Both the position numbers and the translations under genes were made by a program. Below, in pieces: positions 1 to 13,863 of a stretch of DNA of 35,517 nucleotides. The notes below the pieces were generated by a model. The model ran no database searches. It was not told the origin of the DNA and worked only from the letters and a program-made list of their open reading frames with translations. How positions within the stretch are numbered: the first letter of the stretch is position 1; every line of letters begins with the position of its first letter. Origin of the DNA: Perkinsus olseni (Eukaryota). The stretch covers positions 1 through 35,517 of the forward strand of contig JABANN010000361.1 in NCBI GenBank assembly GCA_013115125.1. Reading direction: 5' to 3'.

Positions 1-118
1 TGCATGGGACAGCAGCTTCAGGGACATCGACGGCGGGTGAATGTGCGATCGTGTGCAACGATGCTTTAATTGAGGCCAAGCGGACGTAAACTCCATTTGA
101 GACAGATGTTTATCAGTT

Positions 119-1855
119 ATGAACCCTTATAGCACTCCTTATGATACCAATCGTTGGGGCTCCTCTCGTCCAAGCAACCCAAGGCCGGCCCCTATGGTCA
201 ACGCTACTGTATTAAGCGTCGGAGGCAGACCTGTCCAGGTAGTGGTGAAGGTGTGGTATACTATACGTTCGGCAGTCGGAGCGTGCGGGGCCTTTACGGG
301 CCAAGAGTTGAACTCGCCCTGCTCAGGGCTCCAGACCGTCTAATGGCGTCGTGTATGACATCAATGGCAACGTAGTCTCAACAGGCAGCGGTCCTTCGCC
401 TTATCCCACTGTCCTCGGGACCATCATACAGCCCTCAGCCCCTCCAGCGCCCCTGCAAGTACTGTCACTCAGGCTTGCTTGAGTTGGAATGCCATGCAGT
501 CCCCTCAGGTGCCTTTTTCCAACCCTCAGACGGGTGGCATTCCATCCGCCCCTTCAAATATGTCTCTATTGTACACTAGTTTTAAGGCAGAGGAGCATGC
601 CGAGTGCGCCGTCTGTTATGACGCGCTACCCGGTAAGGCCACTTGGAGCCCTCCCTGTTGATTACTTTTCTCTCAGGCAAAGTGAATGCTCCCGTGTGTG
701 TTCTCACCGGACCCGATGGACGCCGAGTCTGTCCTCACTATTTCCACGTTGATTGCGTCAATTACATGCTTTCCTCGGGCCAGAATCTATGCCCCTTATG
801 CAGGTAGTAGGGGCGGCGGAGAGGGTAGAGTACAGGCAGGGTGGTGGACCTCCCTCAGGACCCCCTACCGTGGGTATCTTCCCATCCCCGACATCGATCA
901 GGATCCAAAAGCTTGGTTCCGGGTAGGGCTCGGCCCGCCTCATCGCTCCCTTTTGCATGGCTGCGCTCAGGCTGTTGACCTAAACGGTGACGGCAAGCTG
1001 GACAAGCAGGAGGTCATGTTCGTTCTTAAGTCAACTTTGCCTATCAACTATCAGCGGCTCGGTAGTACAGAGGCTCTGGGGTGCCTGCGGGCGAGTCGGT
1101 CACTTTGCAGAGAAAGATTTCGATAAGTTGTTCCGGAGATGGGACGCCAGTGGTGATGGCTATATTCAGTACCGAGAGCTCATGGGCCCAGGAGGGCTGG
1201 TCAACTTCGTCAGGTGAGGAGCTGGGACTCGCAGTAGGGAGGTGGCAGCGGGCTCCATTCTTAGGAGCAACTTCAGAAGGAACACTAAGGACCTTGCTGG
1301 TGCTGTGGGGGCTATGCCCAGTCTGAGGAACGACAAGGCTGGCTGGTTCAAGTAAGCGTGGAGGCTTTTGATAGGGCAGTGTTGGTGAAGAGGTTGTCGA
1401 AGGTACTGGGATGAGGATGGCAATGGCGTATTGGATAAGGAGGAGGTCACAAGAGCCCTCATTAAGACCTTTCGGTGGCAGAGGGATTCTCTCGAACAGA
1501 ACTCGGTAATCCATCAGGCTGAGAGAGAGACAGAGTTTTCAAACGCTTCTTTCCGATCTTCAGACGGCCCGAATGGTGATCGATGCACTTTGGTCGGATT
1601 TCGACACCGATGGCGATGGTACGATCGACAGCAGGGAATTCTGCCGGTAATGAGGGCGGCTCAGCATCAGCCTCGAACCTCCGAGAACGGAGTATTTGGA
1701 TTCGAATCTGGGAGACTTGTAGTCCGAGTCGTGATTTGATGGGAGCTTGTATGAGGCTCGTTTCGGAGTGTGCCCTTCCGTGTCAAGATAGTGCTTTTCT
1801 CAGGTCCGGCTCGGGGCTGGCTGATACCTTTCTTGCTAATACGCCAGCTGCATGA
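119..1855 (+). CDS. RING-H2 finger plus four EF-hand protein (multi-exon)
   Basis: Splicing GT-AG introns gives a Pro/Ser-rich N-terminus, then CAVC...CPHYFHVDC...CPLC (C3H2C3 RING-H2). Four EF-hand loops follow: DLNGDGKLDKQE, DASGDGYIQYRE, DEDGNGVLDKEE, DTDGDGTIDSRE. The last exon SGSGLADTFLANTPAA* ends at 1855. Confidence 0.85.
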
Positions 1856-2205
1856 CTGTCACTGATGCCTTGGAGAATTTTGTAATAGCGAGTAAAGTTC
1901 AATCTCACCCCAATATACCTTTTTTGACCTTACGTATGCACCAGTCGGGCAGACTCCGCTGTGGCGAGGCCATTGATGGCCCAAGTTGAATAACAATACT
2001 TGAGGCTTAGCTCCTTGGTCTGGAGTGTTGAGCAGGGCAGTTGCTCAATTGGGCGCCGTCATCTCCTTCGGTTCTGTGGATGATAATGAGTCTGACGGGA
2101 AGCATTGTCCGCATACTGGAGCCTTGTGACTAATACTTCTCAAATTGTGACCTACAGGTTGTGATTGTGGATCCTCATCGAGTTTCTTGTCCTATCTGAA
2201 TCGCC

Positions 2206-4055
2206 ATGGCCCCTCCACCGACTAAAGAGAGCATCAAGCACAAGCACCGACGGATGGAGCTCACCTTGGAGGGCCCCTCCAACCCTCAGACGCCTGATGA
2301 TTCCGGAGTCTATGCCAGTATGGGCATTGATAACAGTTACGATAGGGAGGAGTTCCAGAGGAAGCTCAAGATGAAGGTAGTCCTGGCAGACTGAGTGTAG
2401 CAGCAGATCCGTGACGCAGGTCCAACGGGCGAGTGATGAGGTGGTAGAAGTGGACGTGGTGGGAATCGATCCCCCGATCGCCAACGCCCTGCGGAGGATA
2501 ATGATCGCTGAGATCCCCACCATTGCTATCGAGAAGTGCTATATCTACCAGAACACTGGAGTCATTCATGACGAGGTGGGAGCTAGCCCATTCAGTAGTA
2601 CTGCAGGCAGCCCTGGCAGGTCCTGGCGCACCGTCTCGGTCTGGTTCCGATCTACTGTGATATTGATTCCTTAAAGATGAGGGATGAGGATGCCCCACCA
2701 GAGCAAAGGGACGACGTCACTGACCGTAAGCCACCATGGCCATCCTAGGAGTACTTGTGGCGTCTTGCAAATGCTAGCCCGGTGCTCGGAATGGGAAATC
2801 GGTGCGGGGGAAGGTTTTGAGCTCTCTGTGTCCCCCTCAGCCGACACCTGGATTTGCTTCTCCTTGGAGAAGGTTTGCCCCCAGAATCACCCACCTAGGG
2901 AGTCTATGCCGGTGTATAGCGGAGACCTCAAGTGGGTGCCGCTCAATGCTGAGCAGGAGGAACGATATAAAGACGATGTAGGATGCTCGGGGTATCTTAG
3001 AAGATACTGCTTCCTAGAATCTTCGCTGTGCGCGCGATTGTGATTTCCTCAGCCGCCTCGTCCCGTTTATGATGATGTTCTCATCACGAAACTCCGCTGC
3101 GGTCAGGAGCTCGAGATCAAATGCTTCTGTTGCAAGGTAATAGTAGCGCTGGGCGAGGGTCGAAGCGGTGACGGTGTGTCCTTGTTAGGGAATCGGCAAG
3201 ACTCATGCTAAGTGGAGCCCCGTGTGCACCGCTACCTACAGGCTCATGCCTGATATAGTCCTCAAGGAGGTAAGGAGGGCTGCCTCTTGCAGTGTGGTGG
3301 GCCTGAGATTAGCATATGGATTAAACGCTAGGCAGCCTCTTCTCTGTTGTTGCGAATGGAGTGGTATGAGTGGTAGCTGCAAGCGAGTCTAGATTCTCGA
3401 TCCGGAGAAATGGGGAATAAGGTGTGTGTGTTCGAGAAGATAGGCTTGCGCATCTGAATAGCCATCTCAGCGTCCGAGACTAAAGTATATAAGGCACTCG
3501 AATGGATGCGTTAAGCGATTAGCAGATCAAAGTATCCTCCTCGTGTTCAGCCTATCGAGGGCGCTGAGGCGGAGAAGCTGAAGAAGGTTTGCCCGATGGG
3601 TGTGTTTGACGTAGAGGACGGCGCAGCTCTGGTGAAGAACCCCCGAGCATGCACGACGTGCCGACAGTGCATCGAGCCTGGCAATGGGTTTGGTATTGCG
3701 CCTCTTTGAATTCGTAGTGGTATCCCTGTCGTTTTCAGCTGACAAGGTGTCCCTCGGCAAACTGAAGGACCACTTCATCTTCACTGTCGAGTCGGTTGGG
3801 CAAATTCCAGCCCCCCAGATCTTCGCTCAGGTGCGCTGCTCCCTCATCGCTCAATTTGCTGATCTCGTGCTGCTTGTCAGGCGGCCGTTGTGATGCAGAA
3901 CAAGTGCCGTCTTGTTAAGAAGAGTCTCGAGGACCAAATGGGAAAGAAGACCACCCGTCAGGTGAGTAGAAGGGGGTGATCAGCCCTATATTGGGTATGG
4001 ACTTCAGGCTAAATCGTCAGAGGACGAGGCAGAGCCGATGGAGGTCGATGGCTGA
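2206..4055 (+). CDS. POLR1C: DNA-directed RNA polymerases I and III subunit RPAC1 (AC40)
   Basis: Spliced translation contains [92 protein letters not shown] and [12 protein letters not shown], all characteristic of RPAC1. Confidence 0.95.
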
Positions 4056-4226
4056 GATGGGTAGCAGCGGCGAGGACTGCAGACGTAAACAACTTTACCA
4101 TCACGATTACTGGTACCTTACATTAGACGACCAACGAACCGATCGTTTCGACGTCCTGAGAGGGTTGATGTTGCGTTTATAATAACGCGAGTGCTGTGGA
4201 CCTCTTGCAGCCCACTGGCATGTCCC

Positions 4227-4768
4227 ATGGCCTCTAAGGACACGTACAAGCTCGCCATTACAGCGTTGGCCTGTGCGGTGACGTCTGCCTTTACGTAAGG
4301 TGTGGTACTAGTGAGGGGACGGGAAATGATCTGGCCACAGATACAAGACCTATCAGGATGTATACGGCAATGGCGGCAAGAAGGAGGCTGATAAGTTTAT
4401 CGAGGTCCTCGATCCAGCGCTAGAACTAGTACGGTGGTGAAGGGACTGTAGGGCTCCTCACATGAAGGGAGCCAACTCTATTTCACGTGTCAATCGATTA
4501 TTGTGCCATCGCCATGAGTATAAAGGTGACCATTATCAAATCGTCTGCAACTTGCGTCTCTGTGGGCTGCTCTTCCCCTCAGCTCAAACCGAAGGCCTAC
4601 ACGCCCGAGGAGTTCCGACCCTCCCAGGAGTTCACGGGACCAGTGGAAGGTTTCGTTTTCAAAAGGGATAAGCTTGGTGTGGGATACTACAAGGATAAGG
4701 AGTTTGACGCTGTACTGCAGCCCGAGATCGAGGAGCAGAGGCGGCGACTGGCCGAGATGCCGCAGTAA
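4227..4768 (+). CDS. Small hypothetical protein with an N-terminal hydrophobic segment (3 exons)
   Basis: ATG at 4227 and two GT-AG introns give MASKDTYKLAITALACAVTSAFT|YKTYQDVYG...LDPALEL|LKPKAYTPEEFRPSQEFTGPVEGFVFKRDKLGVGYYKD...EMPQ*. Confidence 0.7.
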
Positions 4769-4929
4769 TCATGTTTCTGTTGTGGTATGCTTGATGTTGT
4801 GGAGTTGGCTCTGGACTATCTCAGTGAGGGGGGCAGTGGCCATAGTAGCAGCGAAGCCGAAGGTCACATAAGGGGGCCGCTGTAGTGCGTGTGGTGCGTA
4901 GAGGTAACGCAACTGCCGCTCAGTTGATC

Positions 4930-5336
4930 ATGTCTGCCGACCCTACGACTGCTTCCTTCACGGCAGAGGCCTCTACTGGTAGCAGCAGTGCCGCTGCCAG
5001 GAAGCTTCCTCCCCCGAGCCGACCGAAGAAGTCCGAGAACCCCTCCGTCTTAGAGTCCCTCGGGATAGTTGTAGCGAAGGGCTCGAAGAAGCGCGTGAAG
5101 CTGGCGGCCAGCGAATCACGTCGAGTTAGAGTAACCCAGGTATCCTTCGCTGTGCGTCCTCGTAGTGGCGTGTCAGGCTCGCACCAAGGAGAGGACTGCT
5201 GAGGAGGAGAGTCGGATAGCAGTGCTTCGAGAAGAACGAGTACGGCAGAGAGCTGAGAAGGTAGAAAGAAACTGGCGCGTCCTCTCGCGTTGTCCAGCGC
5301 AAAGTTCCCAAGTATGTCAATAAGGGGTATCATTGA
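4930..5336 (+). CDS. Small basic/charged hypothetical protein
   Basis: ATG at 4930 follows a CAG acceptor. An intron at 5140-5176 joins ...VRVTQ to ARTKERTAEEESRIAVLREERVRQRAEK. It ends at 5323 if unspliced, or at 5336 (RKVPKYVNKGYH*) with a further 37-nt intron. Confidence 0.55.
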
Positions 5337-5508
5337 CGATTTACTGAGAGAAATACTAGTTTTGAAATTGCTGCATGGTACATCGTGAACAATTTCATCC
5401 GAATTTTTCCGTTACTACGAGACGTCGATTGTAAAGCAGCAACCCTGCTGATACCCTGCTACATAGAAAGTCCCTGTAGCGTAGCTTCCTTTGCTTTAGG
5501 AGCACCCA

Positions 5509-6376
5509 ATGAATTCATTATTCGCCGCGTGTCGCAGTAACGACTCGCTAACTATCGCCGACCTCATCGGCCACAAGGTGAGCCGTTCCCCTGCCCAATC
5601 GTTCTTCGGCCATCATCGGCACGGCATCGACTGCGTACAGCATCCGGGTTGGTCTTCTCGACCTTAAATTGCTGTCAGGAAGTCGGTGCCAATGTAAAGT
5701 ACCCTCACCCTATCGACGGCCTGGGCGTTGGTGCTGCCGCCATACACGTAGCCGCACAGTATGGCGCTACAGGGGCAGTCACTACTCTACTAGATGCAGG
5801 AGCGGACAAAGAACAGGTAGCGAGCCTGTGGGATTGAGCTTTCGTTGATGGTTACGGAGCCGACTTAGGTTACTGAGCAAGGGCAGACGGCTCTTCATGT
5901 CGCAGCTAAGCGGGGGCTCCCAGCCACTTGCCAGCTTTTGATCGCGAAAGGCGCCAACCTAGGGGTCAAGGACAGGTTCGGGTAAGCGGAGGGATCCTTG
6001 GTCTCGTCCAGTAGTCTTTGTGAGCGCCCCTCAGCTTTCGAGAATCTCCGTAAGCGTGTCCATTGTAGGTGTACTCCATTGGACTTGGCAAAGCGAGAGG
6101 AGCATCGCTCCAATTTTCATGCGGAAGTGGTGAAGTTACTGAAGAGGACAGTCAGTCAACGCCGGGAGGTACCGGCGGCGCCTGTCACAGGTGAGTGATG
6201 TTCCACGAGTGCTGTACGAATTGACGGTGTTGCTCGCAGGCCGGAAGAGAGCTCGGAGACGTCAAAAAGTTTATCAGTGGTTACGGCAGAGTTGTGTTGC
6301 AGTCAAGTGGTTGCAGAGGGGGCTTCGATTGCGAGTCAACCGGTTACGAAGAGCTTCCCGTGGCTCGGCCAGTTAG
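5509..6376 (+). CDS. Ankyrin-repeat protein
   Basis: Spliced exons give AAIHVAAQYGATGAVTTLLDAGADKEQ|VTEQGQTALHVAAKRGLPATCQLLIAKGANLGVKDRFG|CTPLDLA, which are canonical ankyrin repeats. The 3' end is uncertain. Confidence 0.8.
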
Positions 6377-6445
6377 CTCATGCATATCAGGATTATAGCA
6401 GAACATGTGGTACTTTTAGTAGTGGTATAGGAGAAATCCTTCCTC

Positions 6446-7637
6446 ATGCATCGACTGTCAATACATCTCCGGTCGGCTGCGAAACCGAAGAGGCCATCGA
6501 ACGTGGGAAAAGAGGCCTCGGGTCGCGGTTCTGCGGTAGGTCGAACGGCCTCTTTTTTTGCGGCGCTCAAGCGGCATAACTCTGCTGCTTTCTCACCGCT
6601 TGCTCGACCTTCAGCTATCGAGCATTACTAATGTAGAAGTTGCCAGGCAGATGAGAGCCGCGAGAGACAGAGCGGAGAAGAAGGCGCTGCCGAGGGAGGC
6701 AAAGCAGGAGGGTATGTCCCTGCCATATGTTAATGATTATGTCTCAACCTCAGCCCTGGCCGACCTGTGTGCATTGTACGAGGAGAGCCTCACAGCCACC
6801 CGTCGGCCACACTATAGTAGTTACGAGTTCTCTGAACTGGCTCTGACAGCGGCCAGGGCGCCGAGCGTTGGCGGTGCCGCTGAGGAAGTACTCCGGATGG
6901 TCTTAGAGGAAGTGGTCGATCGACGAGAGCCAGTGAACTGCCGTGGAAAACGTGAGCCAGATGGCAACTTTTCGGAGATGGAATTTTGAGTATGTCTTAG
7001 TTGGGCGAAGTACGTACGACTTGATCACTCGAGCTGCCAACGACCATACCTCCGCTCGTGCTGGCGGGGACTTCTCCGAGAACGTGCCGCTCAATCAAGG
7101 GTGGACTATGGTCAGTTTGAAGAATCTCACAGCGGGCTTTTGCAGCCCCAGAGGGTTGCGAATCATGGCAGAGAAATCTCTTGGAGGAAAGCTCATCGCT
7201 GAGTATGTCGGGGACCGAGTGGTAATAGAGCCATCAGAAGGGCGTCGGATATCCTGTACAGGTGCTGGCTTCCGAGGCCGCTGTTGAGCTCAGTAGCGGC
7301 CTGTCGGGCCGAGGAGCCGTACAGATGTTGACGGGTTTGTGCAACTACACGATGCATTATCCCAAGTTGGACGCTGAAGGGTCAGTATTGGCCACCGCGA
7401 TTACATTGGAAGGGTCGGCTGTAGGTACGAAGCCGTGAGCGTGGGAGTGTGGACTCGGCTGCTCGGCGTGGCGTCGCGACACTCAGTGACCGACCTTGCC
7501 CTCAGCGACTTCTCTATTCTATATCGAAAAGTACGTTTGGCCTCTTGAAGAGGCGGAGTATCAAGTCGCTGTCAGATAGCCGAGGTTTTACCACATCTCG
7601 ACCAAGGCAGTCGACACGACGTCGCCCGAGCTTCTGA
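6446..7637 (+). CDS. Hypothetical multi-exon protein
   Basis: A chain of + strand ORFs (6446, 6558, 6943, 7449) separated by GT-AG intron-sized gaps. No motif recognised and the last-exon frame is uncertain. Confidence 0.45.
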
Positions 7638-8194
7638 GTGGCTGCTGATGTATGCAGAGGCCGTACCTGAGTGATAGACATGTTTCTTAACGTTTGCACT
7701 TCCCTACTCGAGTTTCGCAGTAACTTGTGATAGCAAATTCACTGATATTGTCGATTAGCAATAATATACCAGAGGCCATTGAGCTCGAGGCTGCCATTAT
7801 CAGCCCTTCCCTCAATCTAAAATGTCCAAAATCTCCAATCTTAATTTTGCATGGCGACACCTCATAAGATTTGACAACGTATCTTGGCATTGACATGTTG
7901 TTGGTAGGCCCACGTTTCTCTCATATCGTAGAAAAATGCTGAAAGGACGACCGAGTCAACTGAGTCAGTTTATCAACGATGATCGATGACGGGCATTTGA
8001 CCGATCATCGAATCAGAATTCATCGTGCTGTTATGCTATAGGTTTGAGATCTACAAGGACTTGACTAACATCATCTCCACTACGTGACACAAGACACCAG
8101 TTTTAAACTGACACTTATTCATCCTCATACCTATTCGTCTATTCAAGAGAAGGATATTTGACCAATACGGTTGGTTTTGTGAGAAACTACAAGA

Positions 8195-8602
8195 CTAACA
8201 ATAGTAGGGTTCACCCTCACAGTCATCATCAGTAGGAGCGAAGCAAAGAGTGTTATCGTCCTTCTTGATAATGCCGAAGCAGACCTGGGGATCCTGCCAG
8301 GTCTTGCAGTAGGAGCCCCACTTAGAGTCGCGGCACTGCTCCATCTCATTGCAGACGTCCTGGCAAGTAGGCTCTGGCTCAGGGCAAGCAACCGGCTCCA
8401 AAGTATAGTCATCACAGGTGTCCTGCTCGGTGGGCTGGAAGCAGTAGCCATCATACTTGTGGTAGAGGCCGAAACAGACACCGTTGCCCTTGCAGTAGGA
8501 GCCGTACTTGGAGTCAGCGCAGGCAGGATGGCCATCGCAGATGTCCTGACAGTACTCGGCAACGGCCAAAGACAAGGCAGCGATAGTGAAGGCGATCTTC
8601 AT
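8195..8602 (-). CDS. Secreted cysteine-rich protein with two 8-Cys repeats (Perkinsus MOE-like motif)
   Basis: Intronless, 135 aa. Signal peptide MKIAFTIAALSLAVA, then CQDICDGHPACADSKYGSYCK...VCFG...C and CQDVCNEMEQCRDSKWGSYCKTWQDPQVCFG...C, joined by a PEPEPT linker. Confidence 0.85.
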   Translation of the reverse strand: MKIAFTIAALSLAVAEYCQDICDGHPACADSKYGSYCKGNGVCFGLYHKYDGYCFQPTEQDTCDDYTLEPVACPEPEPTCQDVCNEMEQCRDSKWGSYCKTWQDPQVCFGIIKKDDNTLCFAPTDDDCEGEPYYC

Positions 8603-9348
8603 AGTGCGGAAAGTAAAAATAGTCAACTGATAGAACGCCTCACATACAGCCTCAGGAGATGCGAGAAGCCGAATCACTCGTGATCTACTTGTGGCATACG
8701 CTGAGCAACTCCGGTTGAAGTACCATCCCGAAGTACCCCACGCTGCTTCGAAGTGCCGCAATAATTGCGTGCTAGCAGAGCTCCTAAGCTAGACGACTCG
8801 TCTTGGAGTTCTAGTGCATTACGTTTACTAACCCTGTGACCCGCGAAGAGCGATCAATGGAAAGCACAACGATGAACAAGATGTCATGACCGTCGCTCGC
8901 CCGAAACGCTGCGAAACGCCGTGCCGAGGGCGAATCTATTCGCACTCTGTATGATGCTCTCTCTTGCCCTCACACGAAAGAACTATACTCCGCACACGAG
9001 TGCAGTTTGAATGGCTCTTCGCTACTCAGCATATGTGACCATGAAACCGATCATACAGTGCTTAAACAGGTGACAACCCGAACTCGATATCGGTCTGGCA
9101 AGTACAGCCGAGTAAGCCGACATCCTCAATCGTGGCAAGTTAGTCACGAGTCGTCTACACATAACTCGCTGTATTCTCGCAATACCTCGCGCGGTAGGCC
9201 TCAAACGATGTCAAGTTCGCCGGGACGAAGATGCAATTGTAATTCCCCCCCACATGTATTGACAACAAGCTGGAAGAGAGCGACGTATGGTTGAAACATT
9301 TCTTCGAAAACATGGATAACTCGTCAAAAAAATCAGCTATGAATAACT

Positions 9349-12232
<2,884 letters not shown>

Positions 12233-12537
12233 GAACCGACGTGCACGCGTGCTGAGAAAAAAACTACGAAGATGGATTAGCAAAAGGCGAAGCATTCCAT
12301 TGACTCGAGAATAAACCCGAATCAAGCGTCCCCACCCACAGCAAGCGCTGATCGGTTATCTGAACTCGAACGCTTCACGTGCAAGTCAGAGTAACTAGTG
12401 AGCACACAACGTATTCTATAACGCTTGACAGGGCGGCACGCCCTATTGAGGCACTCAAATCTTCCTCACAAAACTCCGGGACTAATTCATGGAAGACTCA
12501 ACACGATGCAAACGGTGAACGATAAGCAATTATACAC

Positions 12538-13468
12538 TCAACTGGGGTGCCGTTGAAGGCCTGATAATCGCGACTTCAGCCGCTGGTTTTCTCGGGCTAG
12601 TATGCTCATCTGCTCTCGGTAGAAGTCGAGCTTGCCATCGTCAGAGTTGGACGACCGGTCAACGGCTCGTGCTAATACCGATTCGTGACCATTGGCTTCA
12701 CGACGCCGAACTTTCATCGCCTGAAAAAGCATCACTGAGCGTCACGTATCGGTGATGCGCACGCGTGCAGAGCGTTCAATGGTCCTCACCGACCGTTACT
12801 TCAATTTCAACCTTCAATCGCGAATTCTCTGTTTTAGTCTGCTCGGCCTGCGCACGGGCTGTCTCTAGCTGATCCGAGAGGAGGCGGCGCTGGTTGTTAA
12901 GGACCATCTGACTCTCCGTCAATGAGCTGACCTGATCACATGCGTTAAATCTCCTCGCAAAATACCGTACAAGAGGGAAACGAGTTGTCACCTTCTTCTC
13001 CAACGCGGCCTTGTCCCGCCTAATGGTATTGAGTTCGGCATAGAGACTTGGAAGCTCCGAGTCGGCTGAGCCACGCCGTTGATTCGCGGCAGAGTTGGCG
13101 GTGTCATCAAGGATTGATGCGGGAGAGGACGGGCTCGCGCTGGCCATACCCCGCCCCGGTCCCGCAGTCGGCGATTGAATCCTTCGCTCGCCTGAGGAAA
13201 ATAAACTGTGCCTGATGAGAACTTAAGAGCTCCTACTTTCGCCACCAGGTCCATATAACTCCTCGTATGCTTTAACAGACTCTCTGTACAAACGCAGAGT
13301 GTCCTCTCGGCTGGGCTCTAGCTGTATCACCCGGTCGGGTGTCAGTCCCATTTTCTGTCGAAGTCGGAAATTGTCCAGAATCTCCTCCACAGTCAGGTCG
13401 GCCGTAGAAGAGGGCGGGCTACTAGTATCTGGTCCGTTCGGGAGGGCCCGACTGTCTTCATCAGTCAT
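12538..13468 (-). CDS. Hypothetical coiled-coil protein (about 4 exons)
   Basis: ORF segments are joined by short GT-AG introns. Heptad-like stretches include LYAELNTIRRDKAALEKK, LSDQLETARAQAEQTKTENSRLKVEIE and ILARENQRLKSRL. Confidence 0.65.
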
Positions 13469-13863
13469 CGGCTCGTAAAAAACTGGATGAAGCCCATCGA
13501 CAACCCTGATTACGAGGTGAGCGCCGTAGGGCTCGGACTATGCAAATATTGGCCGGGCCCGTGACTCTCATTTCAAGGTCAACTCAACGCGTTCAGCAAG
13601 TAAATTCAAAAGCATCAAACTTGCTTGGGTTCGCAAGCTGACTGATGATTACGGAAAACGAATTGAATGCAAGGGAGCCCTCGCAGAGTACCTGAGTGTC
13701 GCAGCATATACAAAACCCTCGATGGTAACCCGAACCTTACGTTATTAATCAAAGTCAAACATAGTTGAATGGTATCAATGTTATACCGAGGGCTAAGATT
13801 GAGATACCTGATAAGCGGCATGGGGGAGGACCGAGAGGCCCCGTCCCGGGCTCCTTACGATGA

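Noticed and set aside
3459..3467. TAGCCATCT match to the recalled perkinsid spliced-leader sequence
   Set aside because: Only 9 nt and inside an intron. No convincing SL relics were seen upstream of the intronless genes either.
7687..7896. Short - strand ORF containing kinase-like KIKIGDFG
   Set aside because: No HRD, APE or VAIK motifs were seen nearby and the context is AT-rich intergenic DNA. It is probably chance, at most a relic.
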